Shown: positions 59,113 to 64,000 of the stretch, piece after piece
Numbering within the stretch: the first letter of the stretch is position 1
Layout of the letters: each line of letters opens with the position of its first letter
Source of the DNA: Nibricoccus sp.
GTDB lineage: Bacteria; Verrucomicrobiota; Verrucomicrobiia; Opitutales; Opitutaceae
Reading direction: 5' to 3'
Assembly (NCBI GenBank): GCA_047602425.1
Contig: JASGHG010000001.1
Span: forward strand, 3,232,001 to 3,296,000
DNA: 64,000 nucleotides
Program-made: the position numbers and the translations under genes
Notes under the pieces: model-generated
Told to the model about the DNA's origin: nothing
Databases searched by the model: none
Seen by the model: the letters and a program-made list of their open reading frames with translations, nothing else

Positions 59113-60765
59113 ATGCTTTTAAAAACACTTCAACGTCGAGCCTTTGCCCTGTGCCTTCTCACCGCGTTTTTGCCGGCCCTTTGCCGCGCGGCGGACGAAC
59201 CTGCGGTTTCCAAAACGATTGCCACGGCCAAAGCCGATGCGGTCCCAGCCATTGCGGCTGACGATGTTCAGAAAAATTTGGTGGAAAATTCCGTCGTCAA
59301 AATTTTTTCCCAAGTGCGCCGTCCTGAATTGACCAAACCTTGGACGAAGCAATCCGCCCAAGAGGCAACGGGCAGCGGCATTGTCATCGAGGGCAAGCGC
59401 ATCCTAACCAATGCCCATGTTGTGCTCTATTCGAGCCAGATTCAGGTCCAGGCCAACCAAGCCGGCGACAAAATTTCCGCCACGCTCGAGGCAATTGCGC
59501 CCGGCATCGATCTCGCAGTCTTGAAGCTGGAGGACGAAAGCTTTTTCGATACGCATCCGCCGCTGCCCCGGGCGGCCACGTTGCCGGAAATCAAGGACTC
59601 GGTGCTGGTCTACGGCTTTCCCACGGGAGGCACGAGCCTTTCGATCACAAAAGGCATTGTTTCGCGAATAGAATTTGCCCGCTACAATTTTCCTGTAGGG
59701 GGACTTCGGATACAGATCGATGCGGCCATCAATCCTGGCAACAGCGGAGGACCGGCTCTCGTAGGCGACAAGGTCATCGGCCTCGCGTTCAGTCATCTGA
59801 GCAATGCGCAAAACATCGGCTACATCATCCCTTGCGAGGAGATCGAACTCTTTCTTCAGGACGTGGAGGATGGTCGTTACGACGGGAAGCCCGCGCTCTA
59901 CGACGAACGCCAGACGCTGGAAAATCCCGCGTTGCGCAAATTCCTGCATCTGGAAAAAGCGGTGGAGGGCGCGGTTATTCGCCGACCCTTCAGTACGGAG
60001 CCGAACTATCCACTGAAGCAATGGGACGTCGTCTCCAAGATTGGGGAAACGAAGGTGGACAACGAGGGCATGGTGAAACTGGGGCGCAATTTGCGCGTGC
60101 ATTTCACGTACCTGGTGCAGAAGGAAGCCCGAAACGGCACTGTTTCGCTTTCGCTCGTGCGCGATGGCAAGGAACTTAAGGTCGAGGCGCCCGTACGGTT
60201 GGAAAATGAGCAACTCATTCCTTACCTTCGGGGCGCGTATCCGCCATATTTCATTTACGGTCCGGCGGTTTTTTCGATCGCGACGGAGGATTTACTCCAA
60301 GGGATTAGTTCGAATAATTCGATGGGCAATTACCTGAGCATGATCGGCAGCCCCTTGGTGACACGACGTTCCGAAAAACCGTCGTTTCCCGGTGAACAAT
60401 TGGTTGTGATTGCGGCGCCATTTTTCCCGCACAAATTGGTGAAAGGCTATGGCAGTCTGCAGATGGGCGTGGTGCAGTCGATCAATGGCGTGACAATTAA
60501 AAACCTCGCGCATCTGGTCGAGGTGCTCCGCGACTGCCGGGACGAATTCATTGTGATTGAAGTCGCCGGCCGTAGTAACGAGTCGGTGGTTTTGCCTCGC
60601 GCCGAGACCATGGCGGCAACCGAGGAAATCCTGACTGACAACGGCGTACGCGCACAGGGTTCGCCTGACGTCTTGAAAGTCTGGGAAGCGAAGCCGCCTG
60701 CGGCTGCGATGGCTGCCGAAACGAAACCAGCCGCCAAATCGGGTGACACGCCCGCTAAAAAATAA
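59113..60765 (+). CDS. HtrA/Deg-family serine protease with PDZ domains (Deg2-like)
   Basis: GGAGG RBS, signal peptide, catalytic triad LTNAHVV, DLAVL and INPGNSGGP. Confidence 0.92.
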   Translation: MLLKTLQRRAFALCLLTAFLPALCRAADEPAVSKTIATAKADAVPAIAADDVQKNLVENSVVKIFSQVRRPELTKPWTKQSAQEATGSGIVIEGKRILTNAHVVLYSSQIQVQANQAGDKISATLEAIAPGIDLAVLKLEDESFFDTHPPLPRAATLPEIKDSVLVYGFPTGGTSLSITKGIVSRIEFARYNFPVGGLRIQIDAAINPGNSGGPALVGDKVIGLAFSHLSNAQNIGYIIPCEEIELFLQDVEDGRYDGKPALYDERQTLENPALRKFLHLEKAVEGAVIRRPFSTEPNYPLKQWDVVSKIGETKVDNEGMVKLGRNLRVHFTYLVQKEARNGTVSLSLVRDGKELKVEAPVRLENEQLIPYLRGAYPPYFIYGPAVFSIATEDLLQGISSNNSMGNYLSMIGSPLVTRRSEKPSFPGEQLVVIAAPFFPHKLVKGYGSLQMGVVQSINGVTIKNLAHLVEVLRDCRDEFIVIEVAGRSNESVVLPRAETMAATEEILTDNGVRAQGSPDVLKVWEAKPPAAAMAAETKPAAKSGDTPAKK

Positions 60766-60810
60766 GACGCTGCTGTCTTTGGAAACGCGCCCTGGTTCTC
60801 TTTTCGAAGG

Positions 60811-61782
60811 CTAGGGCGTCTTTTCGGTGAGCATGTAAGTCCAAACTTTTTCCCAGCGGGAGGCATTGGCCGAGGAGATCGCCGCATTGTGCGCCTGTTT
60901 GGTGCCCTTGCCGTTCGGTCCATCGATTGTGACGGCGGGAAAAGTCGTCATCAGGATATGGGAATTTTGAAAAGGCGGCTTCGCGGAAGCCACGTCGACA
61001 AGAGGACCGGTGAGCCCGAGCGCCCGCAGATTTGCGATGAGTTGGGCGGGTGTGCAGGCTTTTGGATCCTGAGTATGGTTAAACGCGAAGAAGCACCCCT
61101 TGGGCGTGGCGGACTCGAGCGAATACCAGGCGGCGGGGGCGTCGTGTTTTTTGCTATAATCCTTCGGGGCTCCAGTGCAGATCACGCGGGCAACGCGATG
61201 TTTAATGCCGATGAGAGCGGCGTGCCCGCCGCCTTGAGACTGGCCGGAGACAGCGATGGCGGACCATTTGACGGTATTGTCGGAATTGAGAAACTGCCCC
61301 CAGTTTTCCTTCGGCTTTTTGTCGCGAAGATGGATGAGCAATTTTGCCAGACGGTTTTCAATGCAGTCGGCTTTAGCGATGGTGATATGTTTGGTTTGAC
61401 CGCCGGCGATGACGGCCATGCGAAATTCTTCGAAAGCCTTGGGATTGGGATCACCGGCGCAGATCGACGCGGCGATATCGTTCGGATATGCCAGGTTGAT
61501 CACGTGATCACCGAGTTCCGCGGCGAGTTCACAAAAGGCTTTTGCGCCTTCTGCGGTGCCATCGGTGCCCGAGAGAAAAACGAGCAACTCGTGCCGGTCA
61601 TTTGCCGCCTTGGTAGCATTTTCGACGACAATCGTGGGGTCGACGTAGATGACATGAGGGGAATTGAATGCCGAACCGATCTCTGCATCCGTGGTTTTCG
61701 GGATGACTTCGTAGGAACTGACACTCGCCGACAAACTGTTTGTGTAATAACAAATGGATAGGATCGCAAAGAAGAATCTCAT
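60811..61782 (-). CDS. Secreted alpha/beta-hydrolase-fold protein
   Basis: Signal-like N-terminus, LLVFLSGT, GQSQGGG nucleophile elbow, H..D and a late His (QAHN). Confidence 0.75.
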   Translation of the reverse strand: MRFFFAILSICYYTNSLSASVSSYEVIPKTTDAEIGSAFNSPHVIYVDPTIVVENATKAANDRHELLVFLSGTDGTAEGAKAFCELAAELGDHVINLAYPNDIAASICAGDPNPKAFEEFRMAVIAGGQTKHITIAKADCIENRLAKLLIHLRDKKPKENWGQFLNSDNTVKWSAIAVSGQSQGGGHAALIGIKHRVARVICTGAPKDYSKKHDAPAAWYSLESATPKGCFFAFNHTQDPKACTPAQLIANLRALGLTGPLVDVASAKPPFQNSHILMTTFPAVTIDGPNGKGTKQAHNAAISSANASRWEKVWTYMLTEKTP

Positions 61783-61880
61783 GCAGACCTGATTTGGCAC
61801 GAAGGACTCGCGGCAGCAATCCTGTTCACGGAAACAAAGATTGCGACAAACGGCGGCAAGTGTCCGACGCGGCCGTGGAA

Positions 61881-62531
61881 TCAGAATTTTCGTGAAAGGC
61901 CGAAGCTGGGTCCGAGGGCGTTGAGCCCGGGGTTTACTTTGTCCAAGCCGCGATTGGAGACGTGTTGGAAATAGAGACCGGCAGACCAGCGCCAGTTATT
62001 GCGCATGCGGACGCGCAGCCCGGCGTGGAGCAGCCAGTTTAAGTTGAAGTCCTGACCTTGCGCTCCTTCGACCTCGTAACCTCGGCTGTTCATCCACCCA
62101 AAGCCTCCGCCGCCAGCGAAGAATAACGCGAAATCTCCCGAGGCATTTCGCCATTCCAGATCGCCGGCCGCGGCTGTGCCGATGAAACGCGTTTCCGGGC
62201 CATTGATAATTGGCTCCAGCAATAAACTAAGTCGTGCGCGCATGATCAATGTGCCACCGGCAAAAGAACGTTGAGAACTTGGCGGGCACAGTACCGAAAC
62301 GATTTGAGGGGTAAGCGTGTAGGTTAGCGGAGTGGCGCCACCGCCGACGCCCCAGAGCACACTCGTCGTATAATCGACCGCCCAGCGATCGGAAATGGAA
62401 ACAGGTTTTGTTTCAAAAGCCGCCGAACACGGAACTGTCATCACAGTTAGTAAAAACAGATAAACACCGACAAAAAAAGAAACCGAAATTGACCGATTAG
62501 TTGTGTGGCGGGTTTCGGGAAGAGTGGGCAC
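61881..62531 (-). CDS. PagL-like (lipid A 3-O-deacylase / acyloxyacyl hydrolase) outer membrane beta-barrel
   Basis: Amphipathic strands, GQDFNLN, QHVSN.G....NPGLN and terminal Phe. Start uncertain. Confidence 0.82.
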   Translation of the reverse strand: MPTLPETRHTTNRSISVSFFVGVYLFLLTVMTVPCSAAFETKPVSISDRWAVDYTTSVLWGVGGGATPLTYTLTPQIVSVLCPPSSQRSFAGGTLIMRARLSLLLEPIINGPETRFIGTAAAGDLEWRNASGDFALFFAGGGGFGWMNSRGYEVEGAQGQDFNLNWLLHAGLRVRMRNNWRWSAGLYFQHVSNRGLDKVNPGLNALGPSFGLSRKF

Positions 62532-62639
62532 GCTTTAATCCATACACTGATTTCGATTTCTAACAAATCCTTCCCGACGATGATTGGTCACGTGAAGTAG
62601 GCGCGATTCGTCTCGGTCTGCATTGAGTAGGCGGAGCGT

Positions 62640-62894
62640 TTAGCGGGAGCGCCGACGAAGGAGGTAAAGACCTATGACACCCAAGCTGAGCCCGCTCAGC
62701 AAAAAAAGCAGTGCACTGGCCCACGTTATATCAAATGACGCACCACAGATCTCCGGGTCGCCGAGCCCGAGTGCTGTGCCGAGTCCGGCGTAGCCAACCA
62801 AACAAAGGAAGCATTTGGGCGTGAGCGCGAGCAGCGCCGCCGGCAAAAGCCAGCGACGGGTGCGACGGAATATATTAGTGAGCTGCGGCGACAT
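62640..62894 (-). CDS. Small membrane protein with PKCxxC motif
   Basis: LLALTPKCFLCLVGYAGLG...EICG, two hydrophobic segments; overlaps the end of the DUF899 gene. Confidence 0.65.
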   Translation of the reverse strand: MSPQLTNIFRRTRRWLLPAALLALTPKCFLCLVGYAGLGTALGLGDPEICGASFDITWASALLFLLSGLSLGVIGLYLLRRRSR

Positions 62895-63624
62895 CGGCGG
62901 GCTGAGCGTAGCGATCATGATGGCGGATCCATTCCATGGTGTACTCCAAGCTGTCTTCATCTCGGCCCTTGGGCACCAGATCGAGCAGGTCGTAAGTGGT
63001 CATGACCACTTCCACACCCCGTCCAAAGGTGGAATAGGTGAGATAGACATCGCCTTTGGCATCGCGCGCGAAAACGCTGATGCCCGGCGCCTCGGTCTTC
63101 GGGAAATCCATTTTTGTATAATTGTAATCCACTTGGCCTCGCGCGATTTCGCTTTCCGTAAAGGAGACGTGGAAATCCCGGTTGAAATCGGTGCCATGTG
63201 ACGAGACCCAGTTGACCGCCCAACCCATCCGCGCTTTGAACGGCAGAATTTCCGTCAACGGCGCATTTGAGATGGCGGCGAAAGACACATCCCGGGCATT
63301 GAGATGCACCACGGTCGGGTTGAAATGGTCCATCATGAAGGAACAGCTCTTGCATCCCTCCTCCCAGCCGGGGCCGAGCATAAAATGCTGGATCATGAGC
63401 TGACTGCGCCCTTCGAAAAGGTCGGCCAAGGACACACGGCCCTCCGTCGAATCAAAGGTATAGGGTTTGGTTAGCTTTAACCACGGGAGAGCGCGGCGAC
63501 GTTGACTGAGCTGATCCCGCAGCCGGGTGAATTCTTTTTCCTCACGGAGAAATTCACGCCGGGCTGCGAGCCATTTTTCCGGCGAGACGATGGATGGATT
63601 TTGGAACGAGCTATTTTTGTTCAT
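62875..63624 (-). CDS. DUF899 family thioredoxin-like protein
   Basis: WLAARR...EKE.TR.RD.L...RR.LPW, LFEGRSQL, GCKSCS, RMGW...W.SS, D..PKGRDE and HD.Y. Confidence 0.93.
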   Translation of the reverse strand: MNKNSSFQNPSIVSPEKWLAARREFLREEKEFTRLRDQLSQRRRALPWLKLTKPYTFDSTEGRVSLADLFEGRSQLMIQHFMLGPGWEEGCKSCSFMMDHFNPTVVHLNARDVSFAAISNAPLTEILPFKARMGWAVNWVSSHGTDFNRDFHVSFTESEIARGQVDYNYTKMDFPKTEAPGISVFARDAKGDVYLTYSTFGRGVEVVMTTYDLLDLVPKGRDEDSLEYTMEWIRHHDRYAQPADVAAAH

Positions 63625-63770
63625 GGGATGTTTGTTTTTATATGTGACAACGATTGGGCAGTTGGATTCAGGACAGGAAAGTTTGAGGGCAAGGCAGTAG
63701 CCTTGGTTGAAATCTGACAGGAAATAGAGAGAGCCCCCGAACGGCTTTTCTACGGGAGACTTGAAACGAC

Positions 63771-64000
63771 TTAGCCTGGTTGCACGGCGCTTCGGAGTTT
63801 TTGGTATTCAGCCTCAAGTTTGGCATGCGTCGCCCAGAACGGCGGGCGTGGAGTGCCTTCAAGGACGGCGATGAGAATCCCGAGGTGCGAATGCCAGCCC
63901 GAGGCGTAATTGCAGAGCTCGGCTTGTTCCTCGGCGCCACGGGTGCGATGCGTGAGCACGAGCAATACTTGTTTGCCCTGCGGAGTGAGTTCAAACGTCA
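63771..64000 (-). CDS. SRPBCC/AHSA1-domain protein, C-terminal part (runs off the window edge)
   Basis: TFELTPQGKQVLLVLTH...GWHSHL..L...LEG matches the AHSA1 C-terminal pattern; precedes DUF899. Confidence 0.8.
   Translation of the reverse strand, partial: TFELTPQGKQVLLVLTHRTRGAEEQAELCNYASGWHSHLGILIAVLEGTPRPPFWATHAKLEAEYQKLRSAVQPG

Overview
This is a gene-dense, GC-rich bacterial window. Gene content and style suggest Verrucomicrobia (Opitutaceae-like), which is an inference. From left to right it holds: (1) the tail of a nitrogen-fixation cluster (nifN partial, nifB, a thioredoxin-like 2Fe-2S ferredoxin, nifV); (2) an orphan ORF, a divergent topoisomerase III, a second orphan and a TIGR03118-type secreted protein; (3) an AT-richer block at about 8.4-17.3 kb with a beta-propeller histidine kinase, a NarL regulator, a large TonB-dependent receptor and an odd ParB-like/HTH protein; (4) housekeeping and envelope genes (GlmU-like acetyltransferase, trpS, MarC, methyltransferase-wzt-wzm, TolC-MFP-ABC); (5) a full alternative complex III operon (actABCDEF) running directly into a cbb3-type oxidase module; (6) a translationally coupled bioABDFHC operon with a BirA-type operator, beside tRNA-Glu(CTC); (7) a locus with a TonB receptor, an SxtJ/carbamoyltransferase/SxtK-like cassette, an SGNH-TPR protein, an AmpG-like MFS, a GH1 and two LacI regulators; (8) an HtrA protease, a hydrolase, a PagL-like protein and a DUF899/SRPBCC cluster. 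The strongest signals I read directly in the DNA are four copies of a 16-bp palindrome (RCTCTAACGTYAGAGY) linking block 7 into a candidate LacI regulon, a 12-unit array of 21-bp palindromic repeats in the same block, and a 54-aa SxtK-like gene missing from the ORF track. All family assignments come from motif recognition by eye; no searches were run.
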